From Priapulus caudatus (lineage: Eukaryota): a stretch of 32,256 nt of DNA. Within the stretch, counting starts at the first letter, position 1. Each line of letters begins with the position of its first letter. The stretch lies in the NCBI RefSeq assembly GCF_000485595.1, contig NW_014577078.1, positions 1,177,578 through 1,209,833 on the forward strand, given 5' to 3'. Below, one piece after another: positions 10,491 through 20,981 of the stretch. Position numbers and translations under genes: made by a program. Below the pieces are notes generated by a model. It had not been told where the DNA came from and made no database searches. It saw only the letters and a list, made by a program, of their open reading frames with translations.

Positions 10491-10883
10491 ACATATATCC
10501 ACCCGGCCAACCACAGGCGACACCCACCAATCAATCCACCTACCCATCGGTCTGCACTATGGTCTTCACAAACACAAAAGGCCGCAACATGCAATTAATG
10601 CGCTGTTTACAAGGACTGTCATGACGGTTGACAGACATGGTAACGTAGCCCTGCCTAAACAGCACGTTTATGCGCGTTAACACGTCTAGTTCACAATTAT
10701 CAATTGCTCATATATAGTCATCGAAACCTGAATAGAGACCTGTAAAATTGATATTTTAATTGGGTGGACCCGATCAACAGCTAGGATCTCACTATATAGA
10801 GTATATGTGGCCCAACCCGAGTATTACTTGGTTCAACACGACTTTAGGACCTCTCGTAAATACACGATGTGATTAGAGTTCGA

Positions 10884-11022
10884 GTTAGGGTTAGGGTTAT
10901 ATGATGATGATGACGATGATGATGGTGGGGGTGATGAAGATCACGATCATGATATGCCGGGTATGATGCCGTATGTATGATGACGTATGGTGGGTATGAT
11001 GACGTATGATGCCGATGGTGAT
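10884..11022 (+). repeat. Short TTAGGG pair followed by degenerate (GAT)n low-complexity tract
   Basis: gttagggttagggtta followed by atgatgatgatgacgatg and variants. Confidence 0.7.
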
Positions 11023-12270
11023 CCAGCAATCACTGCGTGTTCCCATGACTATTGACGTACAAACATACCTGTTGCACCTTCTTATAATTAACTGATAGTA
11101 TCATATGTACATCTTAACAATAATTCTATATCCCACAGATCGAGGACACGAAATATTTAATCCGTACGTGTACGTGTAACCTACTACAGGTAGGAAGAGT
11201 AGCGTGAACTTGTTCGATATACGTCATCAACAGGGACGTGCGTGACACCAACACACCTCGGCGAACTGCGCGTGCGACTAAATAAACACGCGACCATCCC
11301 TATAACTAGTAGTAGTATTACACAAATGTCCTATGTGACACGACATAGGTAAACTAAATTAGATTTACTATCTATGGGCGACACAATCAAGTAACATCAC
11401 TGGCAGTGCGAAATCATCTCGTTCTTACCGTGCCTCCTCACACCAAAAATTCCACAATGAACCGCCCACCGTAACCTGCACAAAGAAATCCTCGTAGAAT
11501 GGCTACTGAGCGACCAGGTAGGCCGCTATAGCATCTGGAATGCCAACCACCTCACCGATCGTTTCTAGATGGCTCACAATGAATTTTAGCGCAGCCGTTG
11601 CAGAGCTTTGCAGCGCTACAAAAACAGGTATTCGGTGGTGTGAATACTGCTTTGATGACCGTCTACGGTGTGCGCTCATGCACGCAGGTATAGGAAGCGT
11701 CACAGCCAAAACGGCGTTTAAACTATGGCTGAACCAATCACTTTCAACGCTGCAATATATTTGGCGTAGGTTGGTGTTTTAGGCGCGTCTGCCCATCCCA
11801 CATTATAGCGCTATTACTGGATGCTGGGGGAGACAACGAGCTTATCGGCACGATCGAGAAATACCGATGTTACCCAACATGTTTTACCGCGGAAACAAAT
11901 TGGTACAATACTGACAAATAACAGTATAGGTGCGCATATGTGTGCAATGCGCCAACTCAAATCCCTTCTTAACAGTTTTAAACATAACAGTTCACCCTCT
12001 CTTCATACACACAAATTATACTAGACGCGATTTATTTGTTAGCTATATGAATGAGTTGTGTATGCCTCCGCCAGAACAAATATAAAAGTGTATATGAGCA
12101 TGCAGATTCTGTCAACGAAATGTAAGAACTGTCAAAACATGATGAACTCATGAGGGAACGGGAGGCGGGAGAAAAGGGGGCGGGAAGCGGGAGGGGAAGG
12201 AGCGGGAGTAGGGAGGCCAGTGGGCGGGTGAATTTTCATCCAAAACAAACCATTATACTATGTTGTACAC

Positions 12271-12272
<2 letters not shown>

Positions 12273-12314
<42 letters not shown>
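12273..12314 (+). repeat. (GA)n microsatellite
   Basis: Direct reading. Confidence 0.95.
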
Positions 12315-12317
<3 letters not shown>

Positions 12318-12555
12318 TATACTAAGTAGAGAAAAATAAAAGAAATCCATAGCACGAGAAATAAATACATGAGAAAAGATGTACATTGTACAGGATTTTA
12401 ATACATTTATTACGCAAACTGTCAGAGAAACTAAGTGACATTCAAAAAATAAAATGCAAATATATAGATCCTGGTAAGAAGAATATTGCTACCTATTTTT
12501 CCCTAGTCTACCTCATCGTCATCATTGCTGCTACCATAAAACAAACAAATCTTAA

Positions 12556-13267
12556 AGGGACAGTAGCCTCTAGGATTTTACTGCATACAACTGTACTTAC
12601 TGTATAACAAATCGTCTATACCCACACGTATTTGTTACCAGATACCTAATTTAATTGTTATAATTAAAGGGACAGTAGCCTCTAGGATTTTACTGCATAC
12701 AACTGTACTTACTGTATAACAAATCGTCTATACCCACACGTATTTGTTACCAGATACCTAATTTAATTGTTATAATTAATTACACATCAACGCTACGTAA
12801 TTTGAACGGCGCCATGACACCCGCGACCGTGCATGCTGCCACCCCGAAAAAGTTGCGTATTTGACAATTTATTTTGCACGTTACAGACCGAGGGCTAATC
12901 ACAAAAGTGCAATTATAATTATACCTAAATGCTATTTAACCGATCGATATTCATTTTAGGGCAAATTTATCCATATTATAACTAAAACTATATGTCGTTT
13001 ATAAGATATTACAATCCTTTTGCTTTTAAATGAATAAATAAGAAACACCTTCGGTCTGTAGCCCTTGGCTGGAAAGTGGTTTTGCGCAACATCAGATCGT
13101 GCGCTTTGAGTGGCGCCACCGTCGTTGTAATCAAACTGTTGTCGTTAGTTTTAAAACATTTAAAAAAAATATTTCTAATGGTGATTGAACCATGAAACAT
13201 TTTATGTAGCGTAATTATAACCTAAATTAGCTGAAAATAACCCTAGAACCTAGAGTAAACTCTCCCT
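12556..13267. mobile_element. Kolobok-like element copy 2 (12668-13267, inverted relative to copy 1) preceded by a 112-bp duplicate of its own end (12556-12667)
   Basis: Reverse-complement homology to 6290-6912 along its full length. TTAA at 12552, 12664 and 13268. Confidence 0.88.
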
Positions 13268-14819
13268 TTAACTGATGCACAACAGTAGGCCTACTACGTA
13301 CGACCGCTGGCAGGGATTTGTTGTAAAATTGCGCAAGTAACATTACGAATTTATATCTATAACATGTATCAGGGGTTAATAATGACAAATCTTTGACACA
13401 TCTAATGACAAATCTTTGTCATTATTAACCCTCGTGTTTGTCGACAATTTGAATTATGGACGCCATGGCAGATGCTGCGTAAATTGTCACTAGATGGAGA
13501 CACTGCACAGAAAATTCAGACCGTTTCGCATAACGGCAAACACCATCAGCGAGTCCTACAACCATGAAGGCGGCGTACAAAAGTAGAGGACGTCCATAGG
13601 CAGCAGGCCGGCATTGAACAGAAATTAATTAAAAATACTAGACGAACGGCCACTTGACGGAATGGCACAATTACAGAACAAGACCAATCTCACGTCTCAT
13701 GCTTTCTAGTACTACTTTCTAGACGTCCACGAGGTATCTACCTTGCGTGCATAAATGCAAATTACTGCAATCTAGTGCCAAACTTTACCGCCAAAAAATT
13801 CAAAAGGTCGTTTCCCAGAGACGAAATAGGGCAACAATTGGCGGAAGGCTACTGTTGTATGCCACCTGAAGACAATAGTAGAATATGTGTACAGAATGTA
13901 TGCGCCTACGCGCACTCGCGTGTTTTATGGCGGAATAAGCATCTTATAATATGATACCACAGCATACTCTGGTATTTCGTCAATAAAAAAAATAAAAAAA
14001 TAAAATAATAAATCATGATATACATATAATTATATAATATATAATATAATATTTTTTAAATAAAAAAAAAATACATTGTAAACAAAAATAAAATATAAAA
14101 CTAAATACACACGCGCCCACATACACGCGCGAGCTAACTCAGAATGAGTATTTTTGGAAATATATTGATTTTACTGCCGTAGCATCTCCGTACCAACATA
14201 AGCAATTGAATAATAAGTACAGGACATTATTTTGCCCAAACCAACGTTACACATAACTGGCAAGCCTTAAAATAATTGAATTCATTCTTTTTTTTCTGAA
14301 ACTTCTCAACCCTAATGGCGTGCATCCATATTTTACATGAACTGTGCACGTTAACTTACAGACCCCCAGATGTAAACGGCAGTACACTACCTATGGTCAA
14401 AATTGCCTGACGTGATGTGATTACCAAAACTTAGAATCCCCGATTGCCATCCTGATGGGATTCGGGATTGAACCGACGAACTATAATTTCGCAATGACAT
14501 GTACTACATACACGTGTAGGCAGCCAAATACCACAGCGTGCAGTTTCTACAGTTTTAGGCACTACATTAATATTATTAATTTTTAGGGCCAAATTTTATC
14601 AAACAAATTTTCAAGGCAAGATATTATCAAACAAGACAATCGGATCATAACTCTTTGTTTAGTACACACTGTAAATAGTTCTGGTAACGATATTTGTGCA
14701 TTGGATAACACCTTATAACAACAACAAGAGCATTTTAGCATTGCAATTAATTTGTATTTATACTGGTGACAATTTTATAAGCTGATCGAATCCATATCTG
14801 GAAGTCCTATTATGGATAT

Positions 14820-14899
14820 ATAGCAGGACACCCATCGTTGCCCGGGAAATGAAGCGCTCAGTTGGTGACCACTTGGTTGAAAGTGAAATACCCAAAAAA

Positions 14900-14936
<37 letters not shown>

Positions 14937-15117
14937 GTCTGTGCGTGTGTGCGTGTATGCGTGTGTGCGTGTGTGCGTGTATGCGTGTATGCATGTATGT
15001 ATGTATGTATGTATGTATGTATGTATGTATGTATGTATGTATGTATGTATGTATGTATGTATGCATGTATGCATGTATGCATGTATGCATGTATGTATGT
15101 ATGTATGTATGTATGTA

Positions 15118-15148
<31 letters not shown>

Positions 15149-15240
15149 CCATCTATCTATCTATCTATTGATCGATAGATCGATCGATCAATCGATCTAT
15201 CTATCTAGTTATGTATCTAATTATGTATGTACTAGTTAGT
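14820..15240 (-). mobile_element. Non-autonomous Helitron 3' end with microsatellite body (far boundary uncertain)
   Basis: Minus strand reads CCCGGGCAACGATGGG hairpin then ...GCTAT (degenerate CTAG). The first ~90 bp are homologous to 16739 and 20393. Confidence 0.6.
14901..15232 (+). repeat. Compound microsatellite (ATCT)/(GTGC)/(ATGT)/(CT)/(TA)/(GATC)
   Basis: Direct reading; it generates spurious ORFs. Confidence 0.95.
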
Positions 15241-15644
15241 CTAGATTCTAGAACGTGGATTCGCAATCCCCCTGCACAAAAAATTACACCAGAGCAAGTA
15301 GTGCATCTATATATTTTAATGACTGAAACAATGGCATAGTGCTGCCAAAATTCTTTCATAAAAATGATGGTAGATGGCGCTTTTGAAGGAGGCATTTTAG
15401 AGATTAGAAATAAAACTTAAAAAATAACAATAAATAATAATGGAAAACAATACCTACACAGTACAATACATTACAGTACACTATGGATTATATGATTTTA
15501 AGGGATCTTAGCCAAACAGTTGAGAAATTTTACATAGACCCATAACTAATTCTGTGTAGAGATGTTTTAAGCCACCACAAACAAACCGTGCACCCACACG
15601 TATATCAGTTACAACTTACAAGTAAACAAGAAGCCAAATTACGG

Positions 15645-16680
15645 CCCACAAACTGTGGGGCAAGAAATTTTCGGGCACACGAACTCTTCGGTGTCTAAGC
15701 AATTTTTTGGTCCACAAACTGTTTGTGGTGTCTAAGAATTTTTTGGTCCACAAACTGTTTGTAGTGGCTAAGAAGTTTTTTTGGTCCATAAAGGCCCGCT
15801 TGTGTCGGCCTTACCTAGTCGCCGACAAGATTTGAATATCGTACGTCAAAAACCGGCCAGATCGTCGATAAAAACATCGGCGACCAAACTCGACATGAGT
15901 TCTCTTACGATCGAAAATACGGTCGCCGACTGCGATCGCAAAAATAGAACATGTTCTATTTCTATGCGGCTGTTGGCGACAAATCGTGAGTGGCAGCCAA
16001 TCACCGCAGCATACCGAGTCACATGATTAATAAAATGGCAGCCTACACAGCACGCCATCAGCAGTTTACAAGGAGGGATTATTGCACAAACCCTTTCTCA
16101 AGTTTTCCGTATATCACATGAAAAAAATTTCTGCACATGATGATAACGATGTTCAGAAAATTGAAGATAGATTTACGAAGTTACATGATGTTTACTGGTA
16201 AGCGCCATTTTGTTGGTCACGTACGTGACTCGTTTTATGTAGACTGGTCCCGGCGTCAAGCTTGCTCTGTTTGTGCTAAAGAACTGCTTGTGCTAGTACA
16301 AATACTGGGGCCGCGAACCCGTCTACGTTTCATGCAGGAACGCTACGATCTGATCGTGTGTTGCTACGCTGCTAATCGGCGATAAAGTAGTCGCCGATAG
16401 TCAAATCGTAGGCCGACATAAGCGGGCCTTTAACTGTTTGTGGTGGCTAAGAAATTTTTCCATCCACAAACTTTGTAATGGTAAAAAATTTTTGGCTCCA
16501 CAAACTGTTAGTGGTGGGTGGCTAAGGAATTTTTGGGTCTGCAAACTGTTTGTGGTGGCTAAATATTATTTGGTCCACAAACTGTTTGTGGTGGCTAAGG
16601 AATTTTTGGGTCCACAAACTATTTGTGGTTGCAAAGAATTTCCTTGGTCCACAAACAGTTTGTGTTGGCTAAACATTTTT
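15645..16680. repeat. About 37-bp minisatellite (GGTCCACAAACTGTTTGTGGTGGCTAAGGAATTTTT) interrupted by a MITE
   Basis: About 4 units left of 15792 and about 7 units right of 16429. Each unit contains the palindrome CCACAAAC-T-GTTTGTGG. Confidence 0.85.
15792..16429. mobile_element. PIF/Harbinger-like MITE inserted in the minisatellite
   Basis: TIRs AGGCCCGCTTGTGTCGGCCT / AGGCCGACATAAGCGGGCCT with TAA/TTA flanks. It splits one repeat unit (ggtcca...actgtttgtgg). Confidence 0.82.
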
Positions 16681-16738
16681 TATCAAATCAATAAAGAAAA
16701 AAAGCGTGATAGAAAAACAGATAGTTCACATTTATCAA

Positions 16739-16836
16739 CTAGCAGGACACCCTGCGTTGCCTGGGAAATAAAGCGCTCGAATGACGACGACTTGGTTGAA
16801 AGAAAAATACACAAAAATATATCTATCTATCTATAT

Positions 16837-16869
<33 letters not shown>

Positions 16870-17003
16870 CCAACCAATCAATCAATCAATCATTCAACCA
16901 ACCTATCTATCTATCTATCTATCTATGTATCTATCCATCTATCCATCCATCTATCAATCTATAAATCTATCTATGTATTTATCTTTTTATCTATCTATCC
17001 ATA

Positions 17004-17065
<62 letters not shown>

Positions 17066-17483
17066 ACCTATCGAAAATAGTCTTGCACACTCTGTATCAA
17101 GTCAGTGCAAGGTGAATGTTGTTACAACCATGACATGGCGGATGTAATATAATGCATGTATAGTAACGCAATGTAACGCACATTGCACAGTAATGCAAGT
17201 CAGTGCAAAGTGAATCCCGTTTATTTAGTGCTGCTTCAGGGGCCCGTTTATTTAGTGTTGCTGCAGGGGCGCCTTTATATAATGCTGCTGCAAAGGCCAG
17301 TATATATTTTCCGTTTTTTGGCTTAGATGACCTCGGAGGTCAAATCGAATGTGCCCATGACATTCAGCACAAACATGTACCCCTACTGAACGTCTTTGAC
17401 ATTCCTAGAGTGCTCGAGAAGATCGATCTCGATAGATTTGCATCGAGAACAGACAAACAGACAATTGACAAATATGTATTAGA
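16739..17483 (-). mobile_element. Non-autonomous Helitron with (ATCT)/(ATCA) microsatellite
   Basis: Minus strand A|TCTAATAC...CCCAGGCAACGCAGGG hairpin...CTAG|T. The 5' boundary is less certain than the 3' one. Confidence 0.65.
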
Positions 17484-17696
17484 TGGGGAATTGGGCCTCG
17501 AACATCGGTCGCCGTTGACTGCTAAGATAATTTTTTTCGGCCATTTTTATACGGTCAAAGTGGAGCCAGGCAGGCTGCCAGCACGTGCGCATGGTAAAAT
17601 CAGATATATAATATTCACTTTTCTCGTAGCATCACGCCCTTGGTTGTTATATGGTTATATGGTTTTTATATGGAACAACTCTGGATATATATATAT

Positions 17697-18033
17697 CAGG
17701 AGTGTATAATAGGGAAGAGTGTGACATCAATAAACAAGGGAAATCGTCATTTACTAGCCTTATAATACCTACGATTTACTACGCGTAACTCATCCAACTT
17801 GAGCTCAAATCGGACACAGTACATTCGCCCATCATCGTACCAAATCGTTTCCTCGTAGACACCCGCAATCCGAAGATACAGCCTAAAACCTACGACACGA
17901 TTCTCCATATTCTTTGGCCAATAATCCACCGCATAGCGCGCCAATAATTCAAACAAACGGCTGGCAGTTTCTTCCCGCTCTGTCCACGGCTTGTGCTCAC
18001 GGCGAGGCGCTGTGGCTCGCAGGGACATTTGAA
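17697..18033. mobile_element. Foldback element arm (CAGGAG family), truncated by the assembly gap
   Basis: Starts CAGGAGTGTATAATAGGG in a TA tract and is homologous to the arms at 18524 and 21974. Confidence 0.85.
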
Positions 18034-18043
18034 NNNNNNNNNN

Positions 18044-18508
18044 ACCAAATACGGTAGGTCAGCGCTGAAACAAAAAAGTTTTGACAATCGTCCGTTACTA
18101 CCATGTCCTCCAGAAAATGTCTGATATCTGACCTTGCACCGACTGCCCTTTGACGACTGTGACTCCAATTTCGCAGGCTGGTGAGTTCCTCCCATCACAC
18201 TATACATCGACTATTAAGCGCGGTAGTAAGCGCGTTGAATTTGTGCCGCAATTCCGGTATTTCCTCCTATACCTTAAGTTAAGGAAATATTCCCCTGATC
18301 CATTGACACTTATCTTGACCTTTGACCTTGACCAAATTTCGACATCCCGAGTCAGCGCCCGCCCCCCCCCCCGACGTCCACAAATTATCAAGACCGTCTG
18401 TCGAGGCGCTTAAGATTTGTGCCCAAACTTGGTTGACAACGGACGGACGGACTGGACAATCATGCGATTCTACAAATTGCATGCCGACTTGCTTCAGCTG
18501 AGCTAAAG
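18044..18508 (-). mobile_element. Helentron-associated (HINE/DINE-1-like) non-autonomous fragment
   Basis: TGACCTTTGACCTTG motif, (ACGG)n tract and ...AGCTGAGCTAAA terminus. Shares AGGTCAGCGCTGAAACAAAAAAGTTTTG with 32210-32237. Confidence 0.55.
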
Positions 18509-18523
18509 AGAGGTATTATATAT

Positions 18524-19807
18524 CAGGAGTGTATAATAGGGAGGAGTGTGACATACAATAAACAAGGAAATTCGTCATTTACTAGCCTTATATAATACCT
18601 ACGATTTACTACGCGTAACTCATCCAACTTGAGCTCAATCGGACACAGTCATTCGCCCATCATCGTACGAAATCTTTCCTCGTAGACACCCGCAATCCGA
18701 AGAACATACCTAAAACTACGAACACGATTCTCCAATCTTTTGGCCATTAATCAAGCCGTAGAGCGCGCCTATGATTCAGAACAACAAGGCAAGCACGATT
18801 GTGCTGCCCGCTGGCGTGTGGTGGTGGTGGTGAATGTAGGGAAAATGTGGCGTTGTGGCTCGCGAGGAGATTGGACATCGACGGCGAAAGCATTAGACGC
18901 AACGGCGAGTGCTATTGTAGCCTGTATGCTGTAGCTCTGGAGCCGTGCAGGGCGACGCGGAAGCATTGCGTGCATCTGTTTGTTATGTTTGTTTCTCGCT
19001 GTAAGAAGCCGATAAAAGCAGTAGATACTAACCCAACTTCAGGTAGTATCTATGCGATAAGTGAAAATATCAACAGGCACCGCGTAAGAATAATCCTAGA
19101 AAAGACAGAAGACGAAAAACAGCCACGAAAAGATTCGTGAGCTGCTGACAGAACGCCGAAATTTAAGAAAGTTGTGTTGGCGCTGTTGAAATGACACCGA
19201 CGTGCGAAGCATCTAGGCAGGCTAACATTAGAAGCAGTGTTCGAGTAAGAGCTCCATCTCGACCACGGTGATGGCGTGTCGTGTTGCTTGAGCACAGTAG
19301 ACAGCGACCTCACACGTCCTGGTGTCGCTTGCTCATAAACATTGTTTATACACGCGTTATACACGCTGGCGCTGAGCCGCAGAGCTGCTGCTGATTGCGG
19401 TTGGGGGGGGGGGCATACTAGCTGCAAATAGGTCATGATTAGCTCGTCTATGGTTGCGTCGATGTCAAATCTCCTCGCGAGCCACAACGCCACATTTCCT
19501 ACATTCCAACAGAGCAAACGCAGCGGCAGCGGGCAATCGTGCTGCCTTTTGTCTGAATCATAGGCGCGCTCTACGGTTGATTAATGGCCAAAGATTGGAG
19601 AATCGTGTCGTATGTTTTAGGTTGTATCTTCGGATTGCGGGTGTCTACGAGGCAAAGATTTCGTACGATGATGGGCGAATGTACTGTGTCCGATTTGAGC
19701 TCAAGTTGGATGAGTTACGCGTAGTAAATCGTAGGTATTATAAGGCTAGTAAATGACGAATTTCCCTTGTTTATTGTTGTCACACTCCTCCCTATTATAC
19801 ACTCCTG
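18524..19807. mobile_element. Foldback element (CAGGAG family), arms about 350-360 bp, spacer about 575 bp
   Basis: 18524-18882 is the inverted repeat of 19458-19807, with CA...TG termini and insertion in a TA-rich tract. Confidence 0.9.
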
Positions 19808-20075
19808 ATATATATAGATTTGTTACGTTTTTTTATATTTTATTTGGTGAATTTCAGCCCACCATGAAAAAATAATTAAAATATATTTGATCTGTAACCT
19901 ACATAGGCTTCCGTGAAGTCTTCCCGTCCATTTGCGCTATTATTATCATCTACCATAGTTTATTCTGGATTTTTACTAAACTTTTAAATGTAGTAAAAAA
20001 TTTTAAATTTTTAAATTAACGGTGAAGTGGCCGAAGTACATACTAACCAGTCAAAAACAAAAAGAAACATAAGAT

Positions 20076-20148
20076 TCCCCCAGGTGGGACTCGAACCCAA
20101 AATGCCCGGTTTAGGAGACCGATGGCTTATCCATTTGACCACTGGGAC
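20076..20148 (-). pseudogene. Degenerate tRNA-Arg(CCT)-derived sequence
   Basis: GTCCCAGTGGTCAAATGGATAAGCCATCGGTCTCCTAAACCGGGCATTTTGGGTTCGAGTCCCACCTGGGGGA. A and B boxes, anticodon arm TCGGT-CTCCTAA-ACCGG, and mismatches in the acceptor, D and T stems. Confidence 0.75.
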
Positions 20149-20392
20149 GTTATGCGTAGAAAGCATCATTCAGTCATTCGAGATGTTAAGCTGTACGCAC
20201 TGCCATCTATTGTCGAATAGTAAATTAGTAATTTTTTTCAATGTTTAACTTTTTAACTTTTTTTTATTTTTGTTTCAGCCAGAACCACCTCCGAGACATG
20301 CTGATTCTGAATATATTTTCAGTTTTCCTCTAGGCTGCGTAGTTCTCTAGTTATAAGAGTACACACAAACTCAACAACTTTATATATATAAA

Positions 20393-20981
20393 CTAGCGGG
20401 AAACCCGGCGTTGCCCGGGGAAATCAGTGGCGTTACTCAGTTGGTGACCGCTTGGTTGAAAGAAAAATACCCACAAAATCTAACTATCTATCTATCCATG
20501 CATCCACCCATGCAAGCATGCATCCATCCCATTCCTTTCCCATTGCACCGCATCCCATCCCATCCCATCCCATATCCCATCCCATCCCATCCCATCTCAT
20601 CACATCCCATGCCATCCCATGACATCCCATGCCATCCCATCCCATCGCACCGCATCCCATGCCATGCCATGCCATGCCATCCCATCCCAAACAGTAAAAA
20701 ATAATAAGAAATCAAAAGATAAGACATTAAAAATAAAAAGTAAAAAGTAAAAAATTAAAAATAATACATACTAAAGAGGTAGGTAACGGGGAAAAAAGGA
20801 AGAAAAGAGGGAAATAAGTTCCCAGCTGGGACTCAAACCCGGAATCCCGGTGTAGAAGACAGATGTTCTAGCAATTAGGCCACTGCGCCGTTATGGTTAT
20901 ACACCATGGATTCACACGTACGTGATGTTAATCTTTACGCACCGCCATCTATTGATGAATATACTACTTTATATATATAGA
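20393..20981 (-). mobile_element. Complete non-autonomous Helitron carrying a (CCCAT)n tract and a tRNA-derived segment
   Basis: Minus strand A|TCTATATATATAAAG...CCCGGGCAACGCCGGG hairpin...GCTAG|T: canonical termini, AT target and no TSD. Confidence 0.85.
20819..20889 (-). pseudogene. More degenerate tRNA-Arg-like copy (TCT at the anticodon position) inside the Helitron
   Basis: GGCGCAGTGGCCTAATTG...CTTCTAC...GGGTTTGAGTCCCAGCTGGG, collinear with 20076-20148 including the upstream flank. Confidence 0.6.

Noticed and set aside
11503..12024. Short ORFs in a GC-richer block
   Set aside because: No recognisable domain, no convincing splice sites, and overlapping ORFs on both strands.
14440..14520. 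tRNA/SINE-like B box (GGTTCAATCC on the minus strand; a weaker one near 17495)
   Set aside because: No cloverleaf or clear A box, so too degenerate to call.
15645..16680. CRISPR-like array of ~37-bp palindromic repeats
   Set aside because: Units are head-to-tail with no unique spacers, there are no cas genes, and the context is spliced eukaryotic DNA.
14849..17115. Long ORFs rich in YLSI / CMYV / NQSI (also 20411-20727)
   Set aside because: Microsatellite and minisatellite translation artefacts.
17697..18033. Arm at 17697 as a mere assembly duplicate of the arm at 18524
   Set aside because: Flanks and inner arm sequence differ substantially. The true structure across the N gap at 18034-18043 still cannot be resolved here.
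18799..19517. Transposase remnant in the foldback spacer
   Set aside because: No THAP, DDE or other transposase motif in the frames I translated.
20076..20148. Functional tRNA-Arg gene
   Set aside because: Mismatches at the first acceptor pair, D stem and T stem, and a repeat-embedded context, so called a pseudogene instead.
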